A stretch of 62,701 nucleotides of DNA, the filler included. It is 5 parts of 5 records of this genome, joined end to end, with 100 filler letters (N's around TTAATTAATTAA, not from the genome) between each part and the next. Parts side by side here need not be neighbours in the genome. Positions count along the whole stretch, not along the records: positions 1 to 16,265 come from SRR20825010_1484; 4 more parts are not named here. One strand, given 5' to 3'. The number at the start of each line of letters is the position of its first letter. The stretch's first letter is position 1. A program made the position numbers and the translations under genes. The notes under the pieces are model-generated. The model worked only from the letters and a program-made list of their open reading frames with translations, did not search any database and was not told the origin of the DNA. Of this stretch, positions 1 through 10,797 are shown one piece after another.

Positions 1-141
1 ACAAGGTATTCAAAGGAAACAAATTTAATTAATTTCGACGCAGAGGGTCGGGAATCAGACCCTCTATGAGGGATTAAAGGTTTAAGATTTTAGAACAAAA
101 GAAGAACGTATGCTAAATCCGTTAAGAAAACACAATAAAAA

Positions 142-1587
142 ATGAAAAATCTAAACAGAGAAAATACAAATTTGAAAGATACTCCCCCTATAAAAATTAT
201 ACAATTTGGAGAAGGAAACTTTTTAAGAGCTTTTGTAGATTATGCAATCCAAGCGCTTAATAACTCGGCCAATTTTAATGCGGGAGTAGCTGTTGTACAA
301 CCTATAGACAGAGGTTTAATCTCACTTTTAAATGATCAAGATGGTCTTTATACATTATTCATGAAAGGAATATATAAAGGCGAAGAAATACAAGAAAAAG
401 AACTTATTAGCAGTATTGTAAAAGGAATTAATCCTTATTCTGATTATGACCAATACAAAGCATTGGCCAAAGAAGAAGAACTCTCTTTTATTATCTCTAA
501 TACTACAGAAGCTGGAATTTCTTACAACGAGACTGACACGCCAAATATGCAGCCTCCCTCCTCTTTTCCTGCTAAATTAACCGTTCTTTTATATGAAAGA
601 TATAAGCATTTTAATGGTGCTTCTGATAAAGGATTAACAATCATTCCATGTGAATTGATTAATTACAACGCAGATAATTTAAAGAAAATCATCTTAAAGT
701 ATTGTGGTGATTGGAAACTTGAAGACGGCTTTAAAGACTGGTTATTAAACAGTAATAGTTTCCATAACACCTTGGTAGACCGTATCGTTCCTGGTTATCC
801 AAAAGATGAAATTGAAGATTATAACCAACAGCTATCTTACAAAGACAATCTCATTGTTACCGCAGAAAAATTCTTTTTATGGGTTATAGAAGGGAATGAT
901 GAGTTGAGAGCAAAACTTCCATTTGATAAAACAGATTTGAATGTTTTAGTGGTTAAAGATATGCAACCTTATCGTACACGTAAAGTTAGAATTTTAAATG
1001 GTGCACATACGGTTATGGTCCCATTTTCTCTTCTCTACGGAAATGAAACGGTAAAAGAAACTATTGATACAGATTTTACAGGAAACTTTGTTAAAGACAC
1101 TGTTTTTAACGAAATTATTCAAACGCTAGAACTCGACAAACAGGAATTAGAAACTTTTGCAAATGAAGTTTTTGATAGGTTTAGAAATCCGTTTATAAAA
1201 CATCAACTCTCTAGTATTGCTTTAAATTCTGTTTCTAAATTTAAAGTTCGAGTGCTGCCTAGCTTATTAGAATACCAAAAAGGAAATAATACATTACCGT
1301 TACATTTAACTTATGCTTTTGCTTGTTTAATACGGTTTTATAAAGGGAGTTGGAACGGAGTTTCGTTACCTGTTCAAGATGACGAAGCTATTGTTGCTAC
1401 ATTTAAAAAAGCATGGGAATTGAACGATTATACTGAAACAGCAAGTACAATTCTTTCCAATGTATCCTTTTGGGACGAAGACCTTAACCAAATAGAAGGA
1501 CTAACAACAGCTATTACTCTTGCTTTAGAAAAAATTGAAACGAATGGTGTAGAACAAGGGTTCAAAAATTTTAAAGCTGAAATTTAA
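142..1587 (+). CDS. uxaB: Tagaturonate reductase (altronate oxidoreductase)
   Basis: Mannitol dehydrogenase-family motifs IIQFGEGNFLRAF, ISNTTEAGI, VDRIVPG and RILNGAH; lies directly upstream of uxaA. Confidence 0.93.
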   Translation: MKNLNRENTNLKDTPPIKIIQFGEGNFLRAFVDYAIQALNNSANFNAGVAVVQPIDRGLISLLNDQDGLYTLFMKGIYKGEEIQEKELISSIVKGINPYSDYDQYKALAKEEELSFIISNTTEAGISYNETDTPNMQPPSSFPAKLTVLLYERYKHFNGASDKGLTIIPCELINYNADNLKKIILKYCGDWKLEDGFKDWLLNSNSFHNTLVDRIVPGYPKDEIEDYNQQLSYKDNLIVTAEKFFLWVIEGNDELRAKLPFDKTDLNVLVVKDMQPYRTRKVRILNGAHTVMVPFSLLYGNETVKETIDTDFTGNFVKDTVFNEIIQTLELDKQELETFANEVFDRFRNPFIKHQLSSIALNSVSKFKVRVLPSLLEYQKGNNTLPLHLTYAFACLIRFYKGSWNGVSLPVQDDEAIVATFKKAWELNDYTETASTILSNVSFWDEDLNQIEGLTTAITLALEKIETNGVEQGFKNFKAEI

Positions 1588-1622
1588 AACCAATTTCGGT
1601 TTAAAATACTAAATTGTTTATT

Positions 1623-3236
1623 ATGGAAAAAGAATTAATAAAAGTACATCCTGAAGATAATGTTGCGGTTGCTTTAAAAAATTTAAAAAGTAATACTACC
1701 GTTTCATTTGAAGGGGAAAATATTGTTTTAACTACGGATGTAAAAGCCAAACATAAAATTGCACTTACAACACTACATAAAGACGAAAAAATCTATATGT
1801 ATGGAGTTCTTGTAGGAAGCGCAAGCGAAACAATTGAAAAAGGCGCTGTTATTACAACAGAAAATGTAAAACATAAAACAGAAAAAGTTACTGGTAAAAC
1901 AGAAACTGTAAACTGGAATATTCCAGATGTAACTAAATGGAAGGACAGAACTTTTAATGGCTACCACAGAGAAGATGGACAAGTAGGAACCCGTAATGTT
2001 TGGTTATTTTTTCCACTTGTATTCTGTGAAAACAGAAATATTGAAGTTCTAAAAGAAGTTTTCGAAAAGGAACTTTTAAATGAAGATGTAAACAAACATC
2101 GTTTATTATTAAGATCTCTTGTTAATCGGGATGGAACAACCGACAATTCAGATATTACTGGAGATACAGTTCCTGTTTTTGATAATATCGATGTAAAATT
2201 TATAACCCATCAAGGAGGCTGTGGAGGGATTCGTCAAGATTCAGAAAGTTTATCACAACTTTTAGCTGGTTACGTAAATAACCCCAATGTTGCTGGAGCA
2301 ACTGTCTTGAGTTTAGGGTGTCAGAATCTACAAATCCAAATTTTAAAAGACGCTTTAAATAAAGTAGCTCCTAACCTAAATAAGCCTGTTTTAATCTACG
2401 AGCAGCAGAAAATGGGTACAGTTGAAGAAATGCTTAACACAATTATTAAGGACTCTTTTGCTGAAATAAAAAAGGCAAACCAAATAAAAAGAAAGCCTGC
2501 ACCACTTTCAAAATTAAAAATTGGATTAGAATGTGGAGGTTCCGATGGATTTTCAGGAATTTCTGCCAACCCTACTTTAGGACAAGTTTCAGATATTATT
2601 ACTGCATTAAAAGGGACAGCAATCCTTTCTGAATTCCCCGAGTTATGTGGGGTAGAGCAAGAACTTGTTAACCGTTGTGTAGACGAAAAGCAAAGTAGTA
2701 GATTTCTTCAATTAATGCAAGATTTTGAAAAATCTGTAGTAAATGCAGGCTCAGGATTTGATATGAATCCTTCTCCTGGAAATATTAAAGACGGACTTAT
2801 TACCGATGCAATGAAATCTGCTGGGGCAGCAAAAAAAGGAGGCACATCACCTATAGTAGAAATTTTAGATTATGGGGAATATGTAACTAAATCGGGGCTC
2901 AATCTTTTATGTACTCCCGGAAACGACGTGGAGAGCACCACTGCAATGGCTGGTTCTGGTGCCAATATTATATTGTTCACTACTGGTTTAGGTACTCCAA
3001 CTGGAAATCCTATTACCCCAGTTATTAAAGTAGCTTCAAATAGTGAACTAGCTCTAAAAATGCCAGATATTATTGATATTGATACAGGTGCAATTATCCG
3101 CGGAGAAAAATCAATTGAAGAAATGGCCGATGTTCTAATGGAATATATTGTAGATATTGCTAGTGGGAAGAAAACCAAAGCTATGGAATTAAATCAAAAC
3201 GATTTTATTCCTTGGAAACGAGGTGTTTCTCTTTAA
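1623..3236 (+). CDS. uxaA: Altronate dehydratase
   Basis: N-terminal SAF domain (DNVAVAL..HKIAL), GCGG, GLECGGSDGFSG, NPSPGN and FTTGLGTP; ATG 1623 preferred over TTG 1614. Confidence 0.92.
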   Translation: MEKELIKVHPEDNVAVALKNLKSNTTVSFEGENIVLTTDVKAKHKIALTTLHKDEKIYMYGVLVGSASETIEKGAVITTENVKHKTEKVTGKTETVNWNIPDVTKWKDRTFNGYHREDGQVGTRNVWLFFPLVFCENRNIEVLKEVFEKELLNEDVNKHRLLLRSLVNRDGTTDNSDITGDTVPVFDNIDVKFITHQGGCGGIRQDSESLSQLLAGYVNNPNVAGATVLSLGCQNLQIQILKDALNKVAPNLNKPVLIYEQQKMGTVEEMLNTIIKDSFAEIKKANQIKRKPAPLSKLKIGLECGGSDGFSGISANPTLGQVSDIITALKGTAILSEFPELCGVEQELVNRCVDEKQSSRFLQLMQDFEKSVVNAGSGFDMNPSPGNIKDGLITDAMKSAGAAKKGGTSPIVEILDYGEYVTKSGLNLLCTPGNDVESTTAMAGSGANIILFTTGLGTPTGNPITPVIKVASNSELALKMPDIIDIDTGAIIRGEKSIEEMADVLMEYIVDIASGKKTKAMELNQNDFIPWKRGVSL

Positions 3237-3534
3237 TTACAGTAATATTCTAACATTCTTTGTTTTAAGATTTTTTAAATTTTAGCCACAAATTCACGGA
3301 TATATGATGCTTCCCCTCCTTTCAGGAGATTGTTATTAAACGTAGGAAATAAAAAATATATTTGTGAATTTAGTGGTAAACCTACATTAAATCTGTTAGA
3401 AATATCTCTACCCACCTAGAGTGGTTTGGTCAACAACTATGAAGCATTAGAAAACTAAAAATAGGTCGAAACCTATCTTCAGTATATTCAAGATAAACTT
3501 ATGTTTATTATAATCTTGCTGAGTAAATAAAATA

Positions 3535-4551
3535 TTATTTTTTTGTAGAAGTAGCTCTAATTTTTAAATTGGGAGCTAAAACTACCTTCTTTTCAATTTT
3601 AACATTCGATTCTTTTACCTGCTCTAAAAATACCTTTGCCGACATTTTTCCCATTTCAACCGGTAATTGGTCTACAGTACTCATAGAAAGCTCCATAAAC
3701 TTAGTAAAAGGCTCATTACTAAAACCTATCACACAAAAATCGTCCGGGATTTTAACTCCCATTTTTTTTAATTGCTGAATTGCGCCAAGTGCCACATAAT
3801 CACTTGAGGAAAATATTGCATCAGGGGGAGTTTCTAAAGCCATCAATTTCTCAACCGATTTATGCCCTGCTTTAATATCACTCTTCGTTTTAATAACATA
3901 ATCTTTATTAAATGTTATTCCGTTATCCAGCAATGCCTGTTTATATCCTTTATATCTATTTTTATAAATCTCTAAAGCCCAGTCTCCAGAAAGGTGTGCT
4001 ATTTTACTACACCCCTGCTCTATAAGATGTTTAGTAGCATTGTAACCCGCTTGATAATCGTCTATAGTAACCGTACTAACTCCCTTAACATCTTTTTTTC
4101 TATCAAAAAATACTAAAGGAACATTTTTATTTAAAACATGTTCAAAATGAGAGGTTTGTGTAGATAATTTAGAAACCGACATTAATATTCCGTCTACTTG
4201 CGCGTTTAAAAGTGCATTGATATTATCTATCTCGGCACTCTCTTGTTCATGCGTTTGGCAAATAATAACATGATAGCCCAATGGATATAACTCTTCTTCT
4301 ATCCCTCTAATAATAGCAGAAAAGAAATTCCTATCAATATAAGGAACCACAACACCTACATTATTACTCTTCCCACTTTTAAGGGCTAATGCTAATTTAT
4401 TTTGCTTATAATTCATTTTAGCAGCAGTTTCCATTACTAGTTTCCTAGTAGCTGCGCTAATTTTAGGATTATTATTTAATGCTCTTGATACTGTTGCTGC
4501 TGTTACATTTAACGCTTTGGCAATATCATAAATGGTAGTTTTCTCGTTCAT
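3535..4551 (-). CDS. LacI-family transcriptional regulator, probably the hexuronate/pectin repressor
   Basis: HTH TIYDIAKALNVTAATVSRALN followed by a sugar-binding domain; divergent from susC. Confidence 0.93.
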   Translation of the reverse strand: MNEKTTIYDIAKALNVTAATVSRALNNNPKISAATRKLVMETAAKMNYKQNKLALALKSGKSNNVGVVVPYIDRNFFSAIIRGIEEELYPLGYHVIICQTHEQESAEIDNINALLNAQVDGILMSVSKLSTQTSHFEHVLNKNVPLVFFDRKKDVKGVSTVTIDDYQAGYNATKHLIEQGCSKIAHLSGDWALEIYKNRYKGYKQALLDNGITFNKDYVIKTKSDIKAGHKSVEKLMALETPPDAIFSSSDYVALGAIQQLKKMGVKIPDDFCVIGFSNEPFTKFMELSMSTVDQLPVEMGKMSAKVFLEQVKESNVKIEKKVVLAPNLKIRATSTKK

Positions 4552-4617
4552 TAAACTTTTCTTGGCTGTTGAATATTCTACAAATGTAACTAATTTAAAA
4601 AAACCTAAATTTCAAAG

Positions 4618-4631
4618 TGTTATCGATTACA
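4618..4631. promoter_or_regulatory. LacI-type operator 1 (TGTTATCGATTACA)
   Basis: One mismatch from the palindrome TGTAATCGATTACA with central CG; just upstream of the regulator gene; second copy at 4813. Confidence 0.7.
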
Positions 4632-4812
4632 ATAACACTACTTTTCTTCAGATTGAATCCTAAAACCTATTGCAAAATAGTAAAAAATACTATAAACCTA
4701 TTAAAAATTACGGAAAACAGTACTATTATGTTAAAATTCCTACGCTTAAATTGTCAATTTGGTATTTTTTTATATTAAAAATTTGTTTTTTAATAGTTAT
4801 TGTTTAGATTCG

Positions 4813-4826
4813 TGCAATCGATTACA
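4813..4826. promoter_or_regulatory. LacI-type operator 2 (TGCAATCGATTACA) over the predicted susC start site
   Basis: Same palindrome with one mismatch, directly after a Bacteroidota -7-like element TAGATTCG (4805-4812). Confidence 0.7.
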
Positions 4827-4890
4827 AAAATTAATTTTTAATGATTAAAAGTCAACTAACTGTATTTAAGAATTCAATCTAACAATTATT

Positions 4891-7800
4891 ATGAAAACCA
4901 AACTATTGTTTAAAACAAAAAATTATTACTTGCTTTCAGTATTATTTATTTGCTGTTTTGCATTTAGTAACTTTAGTTACGGACAACAAAACACTACAAT
5001 AACAGGTGTTATTACTGAAGCGGAAACTAGCACTCCGCTACCCGGTGTAAATGTTGTTGAAAAAAATACTTCAAACGGAACTACAACCGATTTTGATGGA
5101 AACTTTACTTTAAATGTAGCTTCACCAGATGCTGTATTAGTAATTACTTATATAGGTTTTAAGACTCAAGAGTATAGTCTTAATGGAACTTCCAATATAA
5201 ATATTACTTTAGAACCAGATACGCAATCGTTAGATGAGGTTGTTGTTATTGGTTATGGAACTCAGAAAAAGTCTGATTTAACAGGAGCCGTTGGGAGTTT
5301 AGATTCTGAATCGCTTACCGAGAGAAGCATGAATAATCCATTGGAAGCATTGCAAGGAAATGTTCCTGGGGTACAAATATCTCCATCTACAGGACGTATT
5401 GGAGATGGTTTTGACATTACCATTAGAGGTAAAAACTCTTTAAGCGGAAATACAAATCCGCTATTTGTTGTAGATGGAGTTCCTACAGACAATATAGATT
5501 TCTTAAACCCACAAGATATCCAAAGAATGGATATTTTAAAAGATGCATCTTCTACTGCTATTTATGGTTCTAGAGGATCCAATGGTGTTGTTATTGTAAC
5601 TACAAAAAGTGGTGCAAATGCACCCTCAAATTTTACTGTAACTTTAGATAGTTATATGGGAGTAAAAGATGTTGCAAGACTTCCTGAAATGATGGGTGGG
5701 CAAAAATGGTGGTATTATCATCAATCGGCTTACCTAGCAACTGCAAGTAATGGTCCTAACGGATATGTTACCCCTGAGACATTATATGATGCAGTTATTG
5801 GAGACGCTAATTCTGAATTAGAAAGAAGAGCTTTAAACAATGAAACCTTTGATTGGTATGACGCTGTATTAAAAACAGGAATTCAACAAAACAATTATGT
5901 AAATGTTTCTGGAAGAACAGACGATGGGATGGGATATAACTTAGGAATAGGTGCCCAAAAGGAAACTGGAAATATTCAAAATGAAGAATTAAAAAAGTAT
6001 ACTTTTAAATCTGGATTGGATAAAAAAATAAACGATAAATTTTCAATTGGAGCAAATTTCACTGTCGCTTTAACAGAACAACAAGATGGTAGTGATAATG
6101 CCATGCAACAAGCTTTTAGGTTAAATCCATTCTTAGATCCTTATGGCTTGAACGATAATGAATTATTTCCATTACCAGGGAAACTTACCGATGCAAATGG
6201 AGATTTTGTTATTAACAAAACAAGTACCTATAATCCACTTTTAGAAATTGCAAACACTACTAATGAAACCAGAAGATGGACAGGGGTTGGAAATGTATAC
6301 TTTCAGTATAATATTTTAGATTGGTTATCTTTTAAAACTACCTACTCTGCTGGATATTCTAGCTATAGAAACGGGCAAGCCTGGGGTGCTATGACTAGTG
6401 TTGGTGTAGATAATAATGACCTCCCCTCAGCAGAAATGAGTAAAGGAGAAAACTTTAATGGAACTTGGGATAATCAATTTAATATTGATTACACTTTCAA
6501 TGATGCACATACTTTTAACTTCCTTGCATTACAAAGTTTGTATTACAGTAGAACCGAAACTTCTTTCCAAAGTTCTAGAAATATGCCTTTCGACACTGGT
6601 TTCTACAATATTGGCTCTGGAGAACAGGGTACATTTAACCTAGGTTCTAATTATTCAAAGCAGACACTTAGCTCTTATGCGTTACGTCTAAACTATTCTT
6701 ATAAAGATAAGTATTTACTTACGCTTTCTAACAGATGGGATGGTTCTTCCCTCCTATCTCAAGATAAACAATGGGACACTTTCCCTTCTGCAGCTATTGG
6801 TTGGAGAGTTAGTGAAGAAGGTTTCTTAAAAGAATCTAATACCGTTTCTAATTTAAAATTAAGAGCTAGTTACGGTTATACTGGAAACAATAATGTTTCT
6901 CCTTATTCTACACAAAACAGTTTAGACAGACAATTATACTACGATTTTAACGGAACTTCTGCCAATGGATGGCTTCCTAGCGCTTTAGCTAATAAATCTT
7001 TAGGATGGGAAAAAACACGTGAAATGAACTTTGGTATTGACTACGGATTCTTTAACAACCGATTAAATGGTAGTGTTGATGTTTATGACAGATTATCTGA
7101 TGATTTAATTCTTGAACAAAGACTTCCAATCGAGTCTGGCTGGTCTTCTATCAATGCAAACGTAGCTTCTGTAAAAAATACAGGAGTTGAGGCAAGTTTA
7201 ACAGGAATACTTATTAATAACCAAAAAGTTACTTGGTCTACCACACTTACCTTCACTAAAAACAATAATTCTATTGAAGAATTATATGGACAAGATGAAG
7301 TTGATGATGTTGGAAACGGATGGTTTATTGGGGAAGATATTGATGCTATTTATAATTATGACTTTGACGGGATCTGGCAAGGAGATGAAGTTGCAGAAGC
7401 TACATCGTACAACCAAACAGAAGGTCAGGCTAAAGTTAGAGATATTAATAATGATGGTGTAATTGACCCTGCAGACGACCGTATTATTTTAGGAACTCCT
7501 AATCCTGACTGGTCGGGAAGTTTATTTACCAAATTAACTGTTGGAAATATCGATTTATCTGCTTCGCTTATTACCAACCAAGGAGTGTATGTTTATAGTC
7601 CTTTTCACGCAAATTTTACAAATACAGAAGATCGTGGGCGTCAAAAGTTAGATATCGATTGGTATGTACCAGAAAATCAAGCTGGTGTTCCTGCTCAAGC
7701 TTCAAACAACTATCCTCAACCACGTAATATGGGGACATTTTGGAGAAATGATGGCGTAGGTTATTACAGAGATGCTTCTTTTGTTAAAGTGAAAAACATT

Positions 7801-7995
7801 TCTTTAGGATACACTTTTGGTCAAAATATAATTGAAAAACTAAATATTAAACATTTTAGAATCTACGCAAATGTTTTAAATCCATTTGTATTTACAGATT
7901 ATGATGGATACGATCCTGAATGGGCTGGAGCTGGTTTAGGAGTAGGACGAGTAAGTAATATTACGTATCAATTAGGAATCAATTTAAAATTTTAA
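4891..7995 (+). CDS. susC: SusC/RagA TonB-dependent transporter
   Basis: LDEVVVIGYGTQKK, plug motif LKDASSTAIYGSRGSNGVVIVTTK, C-terminal GINLKF. Confidence 0.96.
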   Translation: MKTKLLFKTKNYYLLSVLFICCFAFSNFSYGQQNTTITGVITEAETSTPLPGVNVVEKNTSNGTTTDFDGNFTLNVASPDAVLVITYIGFKTQEYSLNGTSNINITLEPDTQSLDEVVVIGYGTQKKSDLTGAVGSLDSESLTERSMNNPLEALQGNVPGVQISPSTGRIGDGFDITIRGKNSLSGNTNPLFVVDGVPTDNIDFLNPQDIQRMDILKDASSTAIYGSRGSNGVVIVTTKSGANAPSNFTVTLDSYMGVKDVARLPEMMGGQKWWYYHQSAYLATASNGPNGYVTPETLYDAVIGDANSELERRALNNETFDWYDAVLKTGIQQNNYVNVSGRTDDGMGYNLGIGAQKETGNIQNEELKKYTFKSGLDKKINDKFSIGANFTVALTEQQDGSDNAMQQAFRLNPFLDPYGLNDNELFPLPGKLTDANGDFVINKTSTYNPLLEIANTTNETRRWTGVGNVYFQYNILDWLSFKTTYSAGYSSYRNGQAWGAMTSVGVDNNDLPSAEMSKGENFNGTWDNQFNIDYTFNDAHTFNFLALQSLYYSRTETSFQSSRNMPFDTGFYNIGSGEQGTFNLGSNYSKQTLSSYALRLNYSYKDKYLLTLSNRWDGSSLLSQDKQWDTFPSAAIGWRVSEEGFLKESNTVSNLKLRASYGYTGNNNVSPYSTQNSLDRQLYYDFNGTSANGWLPSALANKSLGWEKTREMNFGIDYGFFNNRLNGSVDVYDRLSDDLILEQRLPIESGWSSINANVASVKNTGVEASLTGILINNQKVTWSTTLTFTKNNNSIEELYGQDEVDDVGNGWFIGEDIDAIYNYDFDGIWQGDEVAEATSYNQTEGQAKVRDINNDGVIDPADDRIILGTPNPDWSGSLFTKLTVGNIDLSASLITNQGVYVYSPFHANFTNTEDRGRQKLDIDWYVPENQAGVPAQASNNYPQPRNMGTFWRNDGVGYYRDASFVKVKNISLGYTFGQNIIEKLNIKHFRIYANVLNPFVFTDYDGYDPEWAGAGLGVGRVSNITYQLGINLKF

Positions 7996-8001
7996 TCAAT
8001 C

Positions 8002-9621
8002 ATGAAAATGAAAAACATATTATTCGGTATAGCTATTCTAAGCATCACATTATTTTCATGTGATGATTACTTAGAAGAAGATAATCTATCAAATGTAACT
8101 GCAGAAAGTTTTTATAATACTGCGGAAGGGTTTGAAACACTTGTAAATGCAAACTATGCACAATTAAAAGATATATATGGTGGTGATGCTTGGTTATTTG
8201 CTGCTGGTACAGATTTATATGCGGAAGGGCGTGACCAAGAACCGCCTGGATTAAGTCAATATACACAACTTACTCCCTCTTCTCAAGGAGTTGGGCAATT
8301 GTATAGCACTTGCTATAAAGCTATCCAAAGTGCAAATATGGCAATTTATTATAGTGATCTAACAGAACAAACTTCAGACCTTAGTAAGAGAATTGGAGAA
8401 GTTAAATATTTAAGAGCCAATGCTTATTTCTTATTAGTTCAAACTTATGGTGGTGTTGGTTTAGTAACAGACTATATTGATAGTCCTGTGCTAACATTCG
8501 ACAGAAATTCTGCTGAAGAAGTGTACGCTTTTATTATTTCAGAACTAGAACAATCTCTATCTCTTGTTGATGGAAGTTCTTACAACGGAAGAGTAAACAA
8601 AAGAGCTGTACAACACTTATTAGCTAAAGTACACTTAACAAGAGCTTATGAAAGTTTTGCCGCTTCAGACGATTTTAGTAAAGCTGCTAGTTATGCAGAT
8701 GATGCTATAAACGGACAAGCATTATCTATTCCTTTTGAAGAATTGTGGAGACCTGGAAATGAAATGAATGCTGAAACTATTTTTTCTGTACAGTTTAGTG
8801 AAGCAGCCAACAGTACTAATCCTACAGGATTAGGAAGTAAGCAACACTACTATTTTAGTTCTTATTTAGGTGGTTCTGAAGTTGCTGGAGACGCTCCATA
8901 CCGCTCTTACACCCTATGCCCTACTGCATTTGCTGTAGGTTTATTTGAAGAAGGAGATGAGCGTTGGGAAGGAACTTTCATGACAGAGGTTTTTAATAGA
9001 TATTATGACTATTTTGATGTTGATGACCATAGTGGCTTAACTGTTGCAGAATATTACGCCCCTAAATGGGCTAGCTCTGATGCAGATTTAGCTGCCTATG
9101 CAGCAGCAAATCCAGAAGCTACTATTCATCCATATGGAGAGTATGTACCTTCTCAAAATAGAAACTTTGATTACGAAACTATCCCAGTTAAAAAGTTTGA
9201 CGATCCTAAAGCTCCATTTAGCAGTAATAGATCTAGTACGAGAGATCTTATTTTATCTAGACTAGCAGACACCTATTTAATTGCTGCGGAAGCTTATTTA
9301 CAATCAAGTCCAGCAACTGCGCTGCAACGTCTTAATGCCGTAAGAGAAAGAGCTAATGCTACTCCTGCAACAGCAGCAGATTTAGATATTGATTATATTT
9401 TAGACGAAAGAGCTCGTGAACTTTTAGGAGAATACCACCGTTGGTTTGATCTTAAACGTACAGGAAAATTAGTAGAAAGAGCTTCTATGTATCATTATTT
9501 AATTAATGAAGGAAATTTTGCTGGCGCAAATGGAGAATTAAAAATATTAAGACCAATACCACAAGATGCTATTGACTTAAATCAAAATAAAGATTTTCCA
9601 CAAAACCCTGCATACAATTAA
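8002..9621 (+). CDS. susD: SusD/RagB glycan-binding lipoprotein
   Basis: Lipobox LFSC, RLADTYLIAAEA and ERARELLGEYHRWFDLKRTG; follows susC. Confidence 0.95.
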   Translation: MKMKNILFGIAILSITLFSCDDYLEEDNLSNVTAESFYNTAEGFETLVNANYAQLKDIYGGDAWLFAAGTDLYAEGRDQEPPGLSQYTQLTPSSQGVGQLYSTCYKAIQSANMAIYYSDLTEQTSDLSKRIGEVKYLRANAYFLLVQTYGGVGLVTDYIDSPVLTFDRNSAEEVYAFIISELEQSLSLVDGSSYNGRVNKRAVQHLLAKVHLTRAYESFAASDDFSKAASYADDAINGQALSIPFEELWRPGNEMNAETIFSVQFSEAANSTNPTGLGSKQHYYFSSYLGGSEVAGDAPYRSYTLCPTAFAVGLFEEGDERWEGTFMTEVFNRYYDYFDVDDHSGLTVAEYYAPKWASSDADLAAYAAANPEATIHPYGEYVPSQNRNFDYETIPVKKFDDPKAPFSSNRSSTRDLILSRLADTYLIAAEAYLQSSPATALQRLNAVRERANATPATAADLDIDYILDERARELLGEYHRWFDLKRTGKLVERASMYHYLINEGNFAGANGELKILRPIPQDAIDLNQNKDFPQNPAYN

Positions 9622-9660
9622 TCCACTTTAATAAAGCAACGAAGGTTGTAGTTAGCAATT

Positions 9661-9701
9661 ATGAACTTGGTATCTTTAACGGTTATCAAGTTCATTTTTT
9701 T
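9661..9701 (+). terminator. Intrinsic terminator or stabilising hairpin after susD
   Basis: ATGAACTTG...CAAGTTCAT stem followed by a T run. Confidence 0.65.
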
Positions 9702-9738
9702 AAAAAATATCACTAATTAATCTTCAGAAAATAAAACT

Positions 9739-10770
9739 ATGAAAGCAACTAAATTTATTATTCCGTTATGCTGTTTAACTCTTACTTTATCATGTAAAAA
9801 AGAAGTAGATAAAGAAAAAACAACCTCAGAAACTGTCATTGAAACATCTAAAGAAGATAAAATTACAGGCACATCTTATGCAGAAATTTCTATTGCTCAA
9901 GGTGGTAAATGGATAGATGGTTCTAGAAACCATAAAGAATATAGTAATGGAACTTCTTTTAAAAATGTTTCTGAACTAACTGTTCCTAAAGAACATACAG
10001 ACCATTCTTGGTATATTAGATATGAAGGCCCAGGATGGGAAAGTAATAAAGTTGGTTATAGACTGTATTTAGATTGGAGAAATGCTATCGATATTTTTGG
10101 AAAAACTACAGAAGAAATTATTTTACCAAAAGTAGGGCAAGACAATTTTGATTCTTATCACGAAATGAACGATTGGGGAATGGATATCCTAAAAGCTGGG
10201 AAATCCATGGGGATTGGTTCTATTGGAAGGTATCTTGATGGAAAGGTTTTGCATTTTGAAAACGTAGATCAAACCAACGCAAAAATTGAGAATACAAATT
10301 CCTCTTCTTCTGTTAACATAGATTACAAAGGATGGAAAACTGGAAATGATAAAATTAACCTTCATTCAAAATTAACTATTACCCCCAACCATAGATATAC
10401 AAAACATGATGTAACTCCCTCTAAAGCAATTGAAGGTATTGCCACAGGAATTGTAAAGTTTGACAACATTGAATTAACTAAAAAGACTTCAGAAAATAAA
10501 AAGTGGGCATATATTTCTACTTATGGGGAACAAACATTAGTTCCAGACAAATTGGGTATGGCTCTTTTTTACAAAACTGATGAGGTAGCACAAGCTGTAG
10601 AAGGAACAGATGATCATTTATTAGTATTTAAACCTACTACCAATACAATATCTTATTACTTTTTAGGTGCTTGGGAAAAAGAAAAAGACGGGATTACTAA
10701 TAAAGAAGATTTTACAAATTATATAAACTCCCTATTAGAGCAGCTTAATAAAAATAACCAGTTAAATTAA
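9739..10770 (+). CDS. DUF4861-type lipoprotein
   Basis: Lipobox TLSC; RYEGPGWESNKVGYRLY..AIDIFGK and YH...WGMDILK resemble DUF4861 proteins of pectin loci. Confidence 0.75.
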   Translation: MKATKFIIPLCCLTLTLSCKKEVDKEKTTSETVIETSKEDKITGTSYAEISIAQGGKWIDGSRNHKEYSNGTSFKNVSELTVPKEHTDHSWYIRYEGPGWESNKVGYRLYLDWRNAIDIFGKTTEEIILPKVGQDNFDSYHEMNDWGMDILKAGKSMGIGSIGRYLDGKVLHFENVDQTNAKIENTNSSSSVNIDYKGWKTGNDKINLHSKLTITPNHRYTKHDVTPSKAIEGIATGIVKFDNIELTKKTSENKKWAYISTYGEQTLVPDKLGMALFYKTDEVAQAVEGTDDHLLVFKPTTNTISYYFLGAWEKEKDGITNKEDFTNYINSLLEQLNKNNQLN

Positions 10771-10797
10771 CTCTACCAAAACTATAATATTTTTAAA

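Noticed and set aside
42-66. Hairpin AGAGGGTC..GACCCTCT upstream of uxaB as a riboswitch or terminator
   Set aside because: A single stem with no U tract or aptamer features; at most a stabilising hairpin
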